Source of the DNA: Eledone cirrhosa | Lineage: Eukaryota | Direction of reading: 5' to 3' | Assembly (NCBI GenBank): GCA_964016885.1 | Contig: OZ024740.1 | Location: 354,516,001 to 354,580,000 of the forward strand | Length of the DNA stretch: 64,000 nt | Part shown: positions 10,907 through 25,172 of the stretch, in pieces | Position numbering within the stretch: position 1 is the first letter of the stretch | How the letters are laid out: every line of letters starts with the position of its first letter | Notes under the pieces: model-generated | Told to the model about the DNA's origin: nothing | The model's input: only the letters and a program-made list of their open reading frames with translations | Databases searched by the model: none | Program-made: the position numbers and the translations under genes

Positions 10907-11209
10907 GGGTATCAAAAAATAAATATGGTATTTATAGGTCTCTTCAAATGGTAGGAGAGGGTAGGGAGTGGGATGGGTAGAGGTCTATGGTTGATAGAAA
11001 AGGGAATTTATTAAAAGCTAATTCTTTAAAGTAACAAAGGCAGAAAGAATTCTATAAACAAGTTGTCATTTCCCACCATGTCTATTTGCTTGCAAAGGTA
11101 TTATTAAAAGTGTGTGTGGGTGTGTATATAGATGTATATAAAATATCAAAAGTATTAAATTTAAACCCAAATTACGCTTTTGGTGGGGGAATACACACAC
11201 GCACACACA

Positions 11210-11380
11210 CACATATATATGTATATATATGTATATGTATGTATGTGTATATGTATATATATATATATATATATATACGTATATATATGTATATAGACAT
11301 ATATATGTCTAGTTACATATATATATATGTATATATACATATATATATATATACATATATATATGTATATATACATATAC

Positions 11381-11475
<95 letters not shown>
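11210..11475. repeat. Imperfect (TA)n tract
   Basis: Directly visible. It supplies the spurious N-terminus of ORF 11086-12870. Confidence 0.95.
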
Positions 11476-11477
<2 letters not shown>

Positions 11478-13270
11478 GAAGGTCACGGAAAAAGTAATAG
11501 CGCAACTAATCAGAGAGAGAATTGACCTAGATGAAATGCAGTTCGGGTTTGTGTCAGGCAAAAGTACCACAGACGCTCTTTTCATTGTACGACAACTACA
11601 GGAGAAGTACCTAGCTAAAGGTAAACCCCTCTACTTAGCTTTTGTCGACTTGGAGAAAGCCTTCGACAGAGTTCCCCGCTCCATTATCTGGTGGGCTCTT
11701 AGAAAACTAGGCGTTGACGAATGGCTTGTGAGGGCTATACAAGCCATGTATAAAGAAACAGTCAGCAAGGTTAGAATTAACAATGAATATAGTGAAGAGT
11801 TTAGCGTAAAAGTTGGCGTCCATCAGGGCTCTGTTCTCAGCCCCCTACTATTTATTATTGCCCTTCAGGCTATAACAGAGGAGTTCAAGACAGGCTGCCC
11901 ATGGGAACTCCTATACGCAGACGACCTGACACTCATAGCGGAATCAATGGCCGAGCTAGAGAAGAAATTCCAAACATGGAAGCACGGCCTAGAGTCAAAA
12001 GGACTTAAAATTAACCTGGCTAAGACCAAAGTACTAGTTTGTAGGAAAGAAAACAAGGCGGCGGTCCCTTCTAGGAAATGGTCGTGCTCGGTGTGTAGGA
12101 AAGGCGTAGGTAGAAACTCCATTTTATGTCCTAAATGCAAAATATGGGTGCATAAAAGATGTAGTGGGATCACAGGTAAGCTAACTAAGAACATAGATTT
12201 TACATGTGGCCGGTGTTCTGGTGCAATAAGTAGCAGCAAGTGCCCACAAAATACTAGCTCTTTCAATTGCGCAGAGGGTTCTATAGAAATAGTTGACAGC
12301 TTCCGTTACCTGGGCGATAAAATCAGCAGTGGGGGAGGGTGCTCTGAAAGTACTGTAGCTAGAGTCAGAACTGGTTGGAAAAAGTTCAGAGAGCTTATAC
12401 CACTATTAGCTGCTAAAGGGTTCTCCCTAAAAATGAAAGGCAGGTTGTACGATGCCTGCATACGAACAGCAATGCTGCATGGCAGTGAGACCTGGGCATT
12501 GTGTGCAGAGGATATACGCAGACTAGAGAGGAACGAAGCTTGCATGCTCCGCTGGATGTGTAACAGTAATATACGTGAACGGCAAAGCATAAACGAACTA
12601 AGGAAAAAATTAGAGATAAGAGGGATCAGATGTTGTTTACTCGAGAGAAGGCTACGTTGGTATGGACACGTGATGCGCATGAAAGTCGATAGCTGTATAA
12701 CAAAGTGCAGGGCAATAAAGATAGACGGTAGTCACGGAATAGGCAGACCTAGAAAAACCTGGGACGAGCTGATAAACTCCGACATCACACACTTACACCT
12801 CTCCAAGACAATGTCACTGGACCGAGACCTTTGGCGGTACTCAGTAACAGAGAAGACCCGCCTTACCTAAATATATAGTAAAACCTACTCCAGCCAGTAG
12901 GCATCTCTAACAAAATACACCCCGTCCCACCACCACCACCCCACCCCATCCACACCACCCCGTTCTATGTAAAGTTATGTTGGTGCCGCGCCATCGAGGC
13001 CGAAACAAATGAGATCGTGTAGGTGTCACGACAAAAAAACACACAGTCCACGCTGTAATGTGGCCGTGTAGGCAACACGGTAAAAACCTCCCAGACCCAC
13101 ACTGTAAATGTGGTTGGTGTTAGGAAGGGCATCCAACTGTAGAAAACCTGCCAGACAGTCCTATGCGAGCAAGACAATCACTCTTGCCTCAAGTGGGACT
13201 ACCCCCGTCCAAACCCATGCAAGCGTGGAACACGGACGTTAAACGTTGATGATGATGATGATGATGATGA
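11476..13270 (+). mobile_element. RTE LINE, young 5'-truncated copy (RT, PHD and C-terminal region)
   Basis: Open frame MKVTEK...QGSVLSP...YADD...FRYLG...KTRLT* to 12870, then 3' UTR and a (GAT)n tail. Nearly identical to 41952-43749 in inverted orientation. Confidence 0.95.
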
Positions 13271-13279
13271 TATATATTG

Positions 13280-16270
13280 ATTTTGAGTTTATGTTGGTTG
13301 TATACCAACACCCCAGTATGCAGGCTGGAGCATTCGACGAAGTGCGCAGGTTGGTTTGGTTACTCCGGAGTAGTGTAAAATAAAGTTAAATAAAAGTCAA
13401 ATGATTAAAATTTAGCTTCGTTTATTACTGCTATATATATTTCAGTGACAGCCATCTTTGGCTGTGACCTCTTCAGGCAGTTTGAATTAGTATGGTATAG
13501 ACAAGTACATATGTTGTTTAGGTGTATAATATTGTCAATACTCTGATATGCCCAGTTCTTTGTTGGGTTGTTAATTCACTGAGGAACTGGAGTCATATGA
13601 ATTCAAACAAACGAATTTCAGTGTCAAATGTCCCCTTCTCCTCTCATTGGTCAGTTATTAGAACATTCCTCATTCTAAGTGTTGTTATTGTTGGAGTTAG
13701 CTTAAAAATTGATAAAATGGTAGAAGGGACAAGGTGTTAAAAGAACAATATAACAAAAAAGTGTCAAACTTCCCATTGGTCAGTTCTGAGAGCATTCCTC
13801 AGTCAGAAGTCTATAGAATTCTTTCTGGGGTGAGGCTCCCTGTAGTGTTTTTGCCTGCTATTGTTCAGTACATTCGACCTCCACCATTATTTTGGTACTG
13901 TTGTTGGTGTAGTGGTCAGCTTGTATCTTGCTGCTGCTAACAATTTAGAAGTATCCAGTTTGTGTTTTTTTCCTTCATCCCTCCCGCCACCATCGTAGTG
14001 GTGGTGGTGGTGGGGGGGGGTGTTCTTCCATGTATATGAAGAAATATGAGGCAATAAATGAAGAAAACAGAAAATAAATAAATAATATAATAAAATAATT
14101 AATATAATTTGTGTAATTTGAAAATAAATAAATAAATAGAGAATAAAGAATAAAGAATAAATGAGAGATTGGTGAAAAAGTAGTGAAAATGTATATGGAG
14201 AAGTGAGAAATAATGTAGGATAAAGTGTGTGTGTGTGTGTGCTATAACCAATCTCAAGGTCAGAATATGTTGGATAGATTGGTATGAGACAAGATGTTAA
14301 GATGAGATATTCAAACTCAGTGTGTTTGTGTTATAATCTATCTCAACTTAAAATAAATATAAGGTGATACAGTGAAGAGGGCAGAAAACAAATAAATTAA
14401 TAAAGAGAAATCAAGATTTAAGATTGGAACTTGAAAGTCAGAAATCTGGTAAATTAAAAGTGTTTGTGTTATAGATGTTGGCCAAATTATTATGGCTGTG
14501 TCCGATTCTATCTCTAGGCTATCATGGTGTCTGCTCCGCCTGGGTTGTTCCCTGTGGCTTGAGGGGAGTTCACATCTTCTTGTGTTGCTACTGTCCATAT
14601 ATCTTGAGAAAGGTCCCGGCACTAAGGTGTCTGCATGTCCCGAAGAAGTCGGTTCTGAGGTTTATCAGGCCGCTTCCACCTCTTAGTATCTCGAGGGTCT
14701 CGTTCAGGCATAGTTTGTATATGCAAGATCCCCCTTTATCGGGTGGTACTTTCCTGATTATGTACCAGGCCAGAGAGTATGGAGTCCTGTCCAGCTTAAG
14801 CTTCCAGATCAGGTCGGAGAGAGCTTTTGGCCTCCTTCTTGAATGAATGGCGATGGTTGTACCAGCGGTCCTTGAAGCTCGTTGATGTGGCTCCTATGTA
14901 GAGGTGTTCGGAGTTGGGGGTTTTAACCCTACAACCGTACACTAGGTTCTTCTTGAGACATTCATTACCAAGGGGGCATGATTCGGGGTTTCTGCAGTTG
15001 CAGAGGGTGGTCGGCCTCTGCGTGCCTAGATTAGGGTTCTCATTATGTGTTACATGTTGGTCTTCCCCCATGCTCGGTGGGGGGTCCTTGGGTCTGTTTG
15101 TGTTTCTTGGGTGGGCTCTGGGTCCCCCCTTCCCTCCTTTCACATGGTTCTGCTGAGTGTTTGTATTGCCATCTTCTAGTTGTGTGTGGTTTTTAAGCCT
15201 ACTTCTGTTGATGCTAGCTATGTGTTGGGCCAAATTTCTCGTGGTGGAATACGAAAGCTTCACAGTGTGTCTGTTAAAGATCCTGTGGTATCTGTGGTCC
15301 CTCGGGAAGCATTTGTCAAGTGCTCCAAAGAATAATCGGGCCAAGCTTTTCTTTAGGGCCGCTGAGTAGGGTAGGTTGTACCACGTGATTTGTCGGTGTC
15401 TCCTCCTATATGTGTGGGTTGGGGGCTTCGTGATTTGTTGGAGATTTGTTGGGTTGCTGGTGGTTTCCGCACTGTTGCTTCCCTTTTGGGCTCTATACTT
15501 TTTGTTATCTTCGCGGCCCGGATTTGTGGGGTGGTTGTTGTCCGCCCCGGGAGATCCATCGTGGGGTGGTCGCCCGTCCCCCCCCCACGTGTCCTGCGGT
15601 TGGGGTTGTCTGTCCTGGGGTAGTTAGCGTCACGCCTGAGACTGCTACTCATATTGTGCTCCATCTCGTGGTCAAGCGCACTAGTCCCCACCGCCCGTGT
15701 GGTGGTGTCTGGTACATGGTGCCTATTTGATTCTGCTCTGCCTGTATTGTTAGGGTTCGCCCTCCCCCCTCTGGCAACGCGGTTGTGGGTGTCTGTTGGG
15801 CTATCCACCTCCCGGCTTTTCGGACTATATGTTATATTTTGTCCATGTGCCGCCTTCTTTAGAGCTGCGTTGTAATATTCCGCGTGGTTGTTGAATATTT
15901 CCTTACTTGCGGACAGGCTGGAGATCCTGTCTGAGACATTCTTCACCACTGCCTTGGTTATGGATCTAGGGTGGTTTGATTTGGCGTTAACATATACGAG
16001 TTTCTCGTTGGGCTTGTGGTAGGGGTAGTATTGCTCGGTGTTCAGGTTTAGGGTGGTGTCTAGGAAGTTAACTACCTTCCTATTTGGGTCTATTTCTATG
16101 CTGAGCCCCTGGTTCTTAAAGAAATGGCGAATACGCCTCCTCATACCCTCCAACATATTGGTGCTGTGGTCATGTACTGTGAATAGAGCATCGTCACGAT
16201 ATAATCCGCCGCCCAGGCAGGGGATTTCATCTTTTATCTGCTTCAGCAGGTAGAGCGCAACCAGGTCCGT
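13280..16270 (-). mobile_element. Penelope-like element, Naiad-like; 5'-truncated and frameshifted
   Basis: RT motifs GLYRDD and VNFLD..LNL....PYHKPN...YVN.KSNHP; WYNLPYS...IFNRHTVKLSYS; CNC.....CPL...C; GIY-YIG (LVY...LYIGAT..FKDRWYNH); C-terminal LC..E...CRH; long 3' region with a hammerhead. Confidence 0.9.
13427..13481 (-). ncRNA. Type I minimal hammerhead ribozyme in the Naiad-like pLTR
   Basis: ACTGC CTGAAGA GGTCACAGCCA-AAGA-TGGCTGTCACT GAAA TATATA TA GCAGT, followed by AATAAA. Confidence 0.88.
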
Positions 16271-16324
16271 TATATATATATATATATGTATGTATATATT
16301 AATTTATTAAAATAACAGATTAAA

Positions 16325-16373
16325 GTTTAAGCAAAGAATCACTGCTTTCACCCTTAACGGGACCTTCTGAAAC
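16325..16373 (-). ncRNA. Hammerhead-like motif, family A
   Basis: GTTT CAGAAGG TCCC-GTTAA-GGGT GAAA GCA...TGC TT AAAC. All three stems are present and the core is variant. Confidence 0.55.
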
Positions 16374-16628
16374 TAAAAACATCAATCAGTGAACGCAGAA
16401 GTAAATATTTCGAAAACGTTGCAGCCAAATGAAAACAGGAAGACGATACATTGGTTCCTGAAGACGTTCCCTGGCAATGAACGGAAAAAAGCGAAGATAA
16501 TACGTCGTTATGTGGAGCGTTGAGAACAATTACACGCAAAGACAAAACCACGTTTATGGTATAGATGAAGTCGTAGACTAATATTCTTTTGAGGAATCCA
16601 AATGATTCCCGGCTTCAGAGTTAAGAAT

Positions 16629-16796
16629 AATTGTTTCTACTTTTGGCACAAGGCCAGCAATTATCCCAGTGTACCGCTGGTACTTTATTTTATCGACCCC
16701 GTAAGGATGAAAGGCAAAGTTAACCTCGGCGAGATTTGAACTCAGACCATAAAGCATGACGTCCAACCCTCTACCGATACTGCCAATCCACCGCCC
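16629..16796 (-). mobile_element. tRNA-derived SINE, family S1
   Basis: A box TGGCAGTATCGGTAG, B box GAGTTCAAATC, central GCCTTTCATCCTTACGGGGTCGATAAAATAAAGTACC. TSD TCAGAGTTAAGAATAAT. Confidence 0.9.
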
Positions 16797-16847
16797 TCAG
16801 AGTTAAGAATAATGTAAATAAATTAGTAGAACGAAAATGACAGAGGT

Positions 16848-18384
<1,537 letters not shown>

Positions 18385-18415
18385 ATATATATATATACAT
18401 ATATATATGTATATA

Positions 18416-18461
<46 letters not shown>

Positions 18462-18501
18462 CATATATATATGTATATATATATGTATATATATATATAT
18501 G

Positions 18502-18533
<32 letters not shown>

Positions 18534-18628
18534 TGTATATGTATATATACATATATATGTATATATACATATATATGTATATACACATATATATATATAT
18601 ATGCATATATATATATATATACATATAT
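18385..18628. repeat. Imperfect (TA)n tract
   Basis: Directly visible. Confidence 0.95.
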
Positions 18629-18910
18629 ACAGTATTTTCCGTAGTGTTGTAATGTAAATATTACACACAGTAGATGGACAGCTCACGTAGAGTTTGCTCG
18701 ACGGTTCCAGTTGTAGTTCCAAAAGTAATCCAGAGAAAAATAGATGAAATGACAGTTGATAATAACATTGAAATATTGAATGTCTGCATAACTAATACTT
18801 TGTCGATAGCAGCTGTTTTCAGGTTATGTAACTGGTATAGAAACACATGTCAATAAATTCCTTTTAACTAAACTGTATCCATTCAAATCCTTCTATATAT
18901 ACATATATAT

Positions 18911-19457
18911 ATGGTGGCTGCCAACTCGTTTTCGAGTACGGCCACTACTTTATATCCATGTAGGAGAACCCCTACCGATGCGCTAAACAAGTGTGACTTT
19001 TAGTCCAGCCAGCGACTTGAAAACTCTGGTACAAACACTACACCTGTGACAATTATTGACACATAGTGTTGGGCCTTTGGTACCATGTGACGACAAGTGT
19101 AGAGAGATCTCCAGATATAAAGCAATGCCTGTGCCGTGAAGCTTTTATAGTGAGCAAAGGCACTGCACAAAGCCAGTCCCACTCTCTTAACCAAGATGAT
19201 ATTTACCAAAAAGAAGAACAAGTCAACATCATTGGATACCATCAAGGTTGCAGGTGTTATATCAGAGTTTTCCTTCTCCTAGAATTCTGCCTTGACAAAG
19301 GCTAAGGGGTCATCTCTCCCAGTGATTTTGGATGGCCATTGACTCTTAAGAGCTCCTTTGCCCTTTGACAGGTTTTGTTTTTAGTCCTGCAGGATGTCCA
19401 AAGTCACCCTCCTCACCAAGAAACCTTGGTGGGGTTGCCAGTTTAGTCGCCAACGAC
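18911..19457 (-). mobile_element. Bipartite non-autonomous RTE-type element, copy 2 (5'-truncated)
   Basis: Reverse complement of about 9100-9647 with few substitutions. Confidence 0.75.
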
Positions 19458-22400
19458 TAAATAGAATTATTGTGACAATAATATCTGCTTATGCACCCGA
19501 ATCTGGTCTACCTGACGTTATAAAGGACAGGTTCTATGAGACGCTAATGCTCACTACCTCCCAAATAACTGACAGCGACTACTTAATTATTGCTGGCAAC
19601 CTAAACGGCCACGTTGGACAACATAGTGATGGCTATGGTGGAATCCATGGAGGCTATGGGGTTGGAAATAGAAATGAGGAGAGATTCAGAATCCTGGAAT
19701 TCTATGGCGCTAATAACCTAACTATCTGTAACACAAACTTCAAAAAACGAGAAAACCACTTGATCACCTATAGATCAGGGGAACACGCCAGCCAGATCGA
19801 TTATATCCTTACTAGAAGACGTGACAAAGTGTCTGTTGTAAACACTAAATCCCTCCCCTGTGAAGAATGCACCTCCCAACATAGCCTAGTAGTTAGTGAC
19901 CTCATAGTCAGGAATAGACGTGCTCGAAGACAGAGGAGGCCTACCTTGAGGAGAAGAATATGGAAGTTGAAGGACCCCATAGCCAGTGACAAATTTAAAA
20001 GCTTATTACTTCATGCCTTTGAGCAATTAGAGACGTGCAATATAGAGGAACACTGGGTATTCTTGACAGTGAACCTGCTGAAAGCAACGGATGAAATCTG
20101 TGGCTGGAGCAGACCTATTGGCAGGAGGAGAATAACTTGGTGGTGGAACAGTAAGGTGGAGGAGACAATCAAGGCCAAAAAGCAGGCTTGGAAAGTATAG
20201 CAGGAAGGGGGGAAGTAGAGAGCACTATCAAGTGGCTAGGAGACAAGTGTACTTTGCAAAAAGGGAAGCAGAGGATAGAAAGTTCAAGCATGTTCTACAA
20301 TGTGATGACCAAAAATGTGAGGTGTTCAGGATTTCTAGACAACGTGTCAAGGAAAACCGTGATATTGTCGGGGAGAAGTGTGTCCATAATGATAACGGTG
20401 TACTTGCCCTCACTGATGCTGATAAGAAGGTAGCTTGGAATTGTCACTACGAAAGACTATTAAATGAGGAGCATAAATGGGAAAAAGATAGTCTGCTCCA
20501 AATCAATCCAATAGAAGGACCAGCGGTGCAAGTTAAAGGTAGTATAATAAGTAAGGCAATCAAAGATATGAAGACAGGCAAAGCAGCTGGGAGTTTCGGA
20601 TATAGTTGCTGAGATGTTGAAGGCATCTGGAATGGTGGGACATACTATGGTCACCCGCATAGCTAACCAGGTAATACAGAATGAGGTCATACCAAAAGAC
20701 TGGTATAGCAGCAGCATCATTAACTGCTACAAGGGTAAAGGGGATGATCTAGATAGGGGATACTATAACGGCATTAAGTTAGTTGACCAGGTCATGAAGA
20801 TTACAGAAAGAGTTATAGCGCAACTAATCAGAGAGCAAATTGATCTAGATGAAATGCAGTTTGGGTTTTTCATTTCATTTTTTTCATTTCATTTTTTACG
20901 TCCACTTTTTCCCTGCTTGCAAGGGTGGGACGGGAACTGATTTTGGCTTGATTTCTACAGCTGGATGTTTGTGTCAGGTAAAAGTACCACAGACACTCTT
21001 TTCCTTGTACGGCAACTACAGGAGAAGTAAACCCCTCTACTTAGCTTTTGTAGACCTGAAGAAAGCCTTTGACAGAGTCGCCCGCTCCATTAACTGGTGG
21101 GCTCTTAGAAAACTAGGTGTAGATGAATGGCTTGTGAGAGCTATACAAGCTAACGTATAAAGAAACAGTCAGTAAGGTTAGAGTTAACAATGAATATTGT
21201 GAAGAATTTAGTGTAAAAGTTGGTGTTCACCAAGGCTCTGTCCTCCTATTTATTATTGCCGTTCAGGCTATAACAGAGGAGTTTAAGACCGGCTGCCCAT
21301 GGGAACTCCTATACACAGATGATCTAACTCTCATAGCTGAATCTATGGCTGAACTAGAGAAGAAATTCCAAACATGGAAGCATGGCCTAGAATCAAAAGG
21401 CCTTAAAGTTAACTTGTCTAAGACTAAAGTTCTAGTTTGTAGAAAGGAAAATAGGGCACAGGTGCCCTCAGGGAAATGGCCATGCTCAGTGTGTAGGAAA
21501 GGAGTAGGCAGAAATTCCATTTTATGTCCCAAATGCAAACTATGGGTACATAAAAGATGTAGTGGGATCACAGGTTAACTATCTAAGAACGTAGACTTTA
21601 TATGTGGCCGATGCTCAGGTGCAATAGCTAGCAAGTGTCCACAGGATACTAGCCCCTTCTATTGCCCAGATGGTTCTATAGAAATAGTGGGCACTTTCCG
21701 TTACCTGGGTGACAAAATCAGCAGTGGTGGAGGTGGTTCTGAAAGTACAGTAGCTAGAGTCAAAACGGGATGGAAAAAGTTCAGAGAGCTTATACTGCTG
21801 TTGACCACAAAAGATTTCTCTCTAAAAATGAAAGGCAGATTGTATGATGCCTGAATACGAACAGCAATGCTACATGGCAGTGAGACATAAGAATTGCGTG
21901 CAGAGGACCTGCGCAGACTGGAAAGGAACGAAGCATGCATGCTCCGTTGGATGTTTAATAGTAATATACATGAATGGCAAAACATAAATGAACTAAGTGA
22001 GAAATTAGGAATAAGAGGGATCAGATGCTGTTTACTTGAGAGAAGACTACGTTGGTATGGTCACGTGATGCGCATGAAAGATGACAGCTGTATAAAAAAG
22101 TGCAGGGTGATCAAAATTGATGGTAGTTACGGAGTAGGTAGACCCAAAATAGATGGTAGTTATGGAGTAGGTAGACCCAGAAAAACCTGGGATGATCTGA
22201 TAAATTCTGACCTTACACACTTGCACCTCTCTAAGACAATGTCACTGGACCGAGACCTTTGGCGCTACGCAGTAATACAGAAGACCCGCCTTGCCTATGT
22301 ACAAAGCAAAACCTACAATCAGTAGGCACCTCTTAACCAAATATACACCCCAATCCACTACGCCTACCCTATCCTCCCACTCCCACCAACACCACCCTCT

Positions 22401-22722
22401 CTCTATAAAGTGGGTACCACAACATCCAGTCTAAATAAATGAGATAATGAGATCGAGATCGTGTAGGTGTCACGAGAAAAAAAACACAGTCCACGCTGTA
22501 ATGTGGCCGTGTAGGTAACACGGTAAAAAGTTCCCAGTCCACACTGTAAATGTGGTTTGTGTTAGGAAGGGCATCCAGCCGTAGAAAACCTGCCAGATAG
22601 TCCTATATGAGCGAGACATGGTCACGCGACCAACCTTGCCTCAAGTGGGACAACTCCCGTCTAACCTATGCTAGCATGGAAGATGGGCGTTAAACAAAGA
22701 TGATGATGATGATGATGATGAT
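19458..22722 (+). mobile_element. RTE LINE, decayed long copy (partial APE endonuclease, RT and PHD)
   Basis: SAYAP...GNLNGHVG...SQIDYIL (APE) and RT motifs with stops and frameshifts, a 33-bp tandem duplication near 22115-22180 and a (GAT)n tail. Confidence 0.93.
20869..20966 (-). mobile_element. SINE S2 3' tail inserted into the RTE copy
   Basis: Matches the tail of 38420-38776 and interrupts QFGF|VSGK with a short GTTT duplication. Confidence 0.75.
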
Positions 22723-23687
22723 ACTAATACACATCACCTAATTCAACTGTGGTTATTTGTGCTTCCTGTATTGTATAACTTTGATAAAAGTTACATTTAA
22801 TAAATTAGTAAAATAGCGGCTTGTGTTATTGTAGTTGATATTCATCATCATCATCATTACCCAGTTATTCGCACACCCACATCCACTGGTCACACTGTAT
22901 CAGACACATCGATCCTCTTTCGCCTATATTCTACACAACAGTGACCACACCACTGAGCAATCCCCTAGTGAGTATACAACACAACTGAATCAACATCACT
23001 CGAACCTTGATAATTACCTATTATTAAAAATGTATTTACCAAGCCTCTGTTAATGACATGAATTTCGTTGACGTGGCAGCGAGAGAGACCAAGAGAGACA
23101 GAGAGAGAGGAGTAAAGAGAGAGAGAGAGAGAGATGATACCCAAAGGGGTCTATGTGAGACAGTTGATAGGATTATTTATAGTATCTATTCAAGCTCTGT
23201 GTGTTCTGAGTTCAAAACCTGCCTCCTGTTGCCAGAAAATGCTGACATGTCTGTCAGGGTTTGTAATTGGCAAATAATATCAGTTATAGAAATACCATTG
23301 GAAATGGTTTCCTTGTTACAATCTGGTGATCGGCTCCTTTCTATTTTCCTCAATTCTTCTCAATAGAGTTTTGTTGTTGCAATTAAATTCATTAACTCCA
23401 TTTTATTGTCACATTTCTCATATTTAGCTATGTTTGCATATGGAATTGCATTAATGCTTTCATGACCATATTTCTAATGAAATACAGTCTATTTCAATTA
23501 TTTAATGAAGAATTTTGAAGGATTTACTCAAATTGTCTATTATTTCATTATTAAGATAGTAACTTAATGTATGGTTCTTATATAAAAATTATGTAGGAAG
23601 ATTTTAATTTAAATTGGAGACCTTTAAAAGTGATGATTTTGTTTCATAGAATCACAGCTGGTTTTGGCCAAGTTGGCAACTAAAGGG

Positions 23688-23897
23688 TTAACCCTTTAGC
23701 ATTTACATTACCCTATATTTACTACTATATTTTCACGGTAAAGGCTTACTTCACATAATTATCTCACATAATATCGAATCTACAAGATTTTGATATTATT
23801 TATTTTGAGAACATCAGTATGAATGGCCAGTTACAACCGGTTTGAACAGAAAGAGGTGAGAGAATTCTGACCGGTTTAAAAGATGCTAAAGGGTTAA
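23688..23897. mobile_element. piggyBac-type TTAA MITE
   Basis: TTAA-CCCTTTAGCAT...ATGCTAAAGGG-TTAA. Four more copies occur in the window. Confidence 0.85.
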
Positions 23898-24974
23898 GGA
23901 AGGAAATGCAAGAGAATAACATGAATATCAATTTAGCTAGAAAAAAAATGTTCAGCATTCAAATCAAAGTTTCTGCACTTAGCAGATGTTTATAACAGAA
24001 TGTGAAAATATCAGGTGTAGACATAAGTGTGTAGTCAAATAGTTCATTTCACAACCACGAGTCCCACTTCATAATACCCTGGGCAAATAATTTCAACTAT
24101 AGCTTCGAGTTGACAATGCCTTGTAAGTGGAATTTGGTAGACTGAAACTGTAGAAGTCTGTCAGTTATAATGTATGTGTATGTGTGTATGTCTTGTAACT
24201 TAGCAGTTTGACAAAATGAGATCATCAGATATAACAAGTACCAAAGGTTTTGAAAAAATAAATACTTTGAACGATATAATTGACTAAATCCCAAAGACAT
24301 GTGTTCCTTTAACATAGTTCTCAGGGAGACTCAGTATGACATAGTGTGTGACAATGCTGAAGATACAATTCCTTTTATCAGATAAGTGGACTGGAGCTAT
24401 GTGAAATAAAGTGTCTTGCTCAAGGACACAATGTACCGTCGGGAATCAAATTCACGACCTTATGATCATGAGCTGAACATTGTAACCACTAAGCCATGCA
24501 CATTCATTCACAAATGTAATATATGGGTGTCATCTACTTGCATGACACTTAGAGATGTAGACATGGCACACATTAAGTTTTTACGTGCAAGTGGCAGTGC
24601 AAAACTAATGCAATGCACTTACTTCGATTGCTGTGTGCAACAATGACAACAGCATGAACAGCAACATCAACATCAACATCGACATCAATTAGAGTGCAAC
24701 AACAACAAAAATAACAATAGTCCTGACACTACCACCATCAACAACAACATCAACAATAATAAGCCAATGAGGAGAGCATCTACGTGGTTCCTCAAATTGC
24801 TAGAAATAGCAGCTAAATATTCATCAAATTACATCTTTTTGTCTTAGAAAAAGGATACATTGGATAATGTGGTCGTAGGAGTTCCCTTTTATTGTGTTTA
24901 TGTGTTATTTTTATATCAGCATGTTATTATACTTTTTAAAAATTTATTTCTCTATATTAATTTTTGTGGAATTC

Positions 24975-25172
24975 TTATTTAGGCACAAGGCCAGTAATTT
25001 TGGGAAAGTCGATTAAATTGACCGCAGTGCGTGACTGGTACTTTATTTTATCGACTCTGTAAGGATAAAAGGTAAAATTAACCTCGGCGGGATTTAAACT
25101 CAGATCATAAAGGGCCGTAACTCTATGCTGCAAAGCATGGCATCCGACCCTCTACCGATACTGCCAATCCAC
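24975..25172 (-). mobile_element. tRNA-derived SINE, family S1
   Basis: Same A and B boxes and central domain as 16629-16796. Confidence 0.8.

Noticed and set aside
11086-11475. N-terminal 130 aa of the 594-aa ORF
   Set aside because: It is a translation of a TA microsatellite that happens to be in frame with a truncated RTE, not a real fusion protein.
14590-15010. Selenocysteine (UGA) recoding in the Naiad-like element
   Set aside because: Some Naiads encode selenoproteins, but the conserved Cys positions here are TGC/TGT (one is TAC), with no in-frame TGA at those sites.
16740-16796. tRNA genes
   Set aside because: The A and B boxes belong to SINE heads with TSDs, and there is no full cloverleaf.
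18770-18860. GAAACACATGTC-AATAAA hammerhead-like 3' half (similar cases at 40775-40870 and 46370-46412)
   Set aside because: No CUGANGA core could be found, so these are too degenerate to call.
23218-23365. Open minus-strand frame EELRKIERSRSPD...
   Set aside because: No recognisable family and only weak splice signals.
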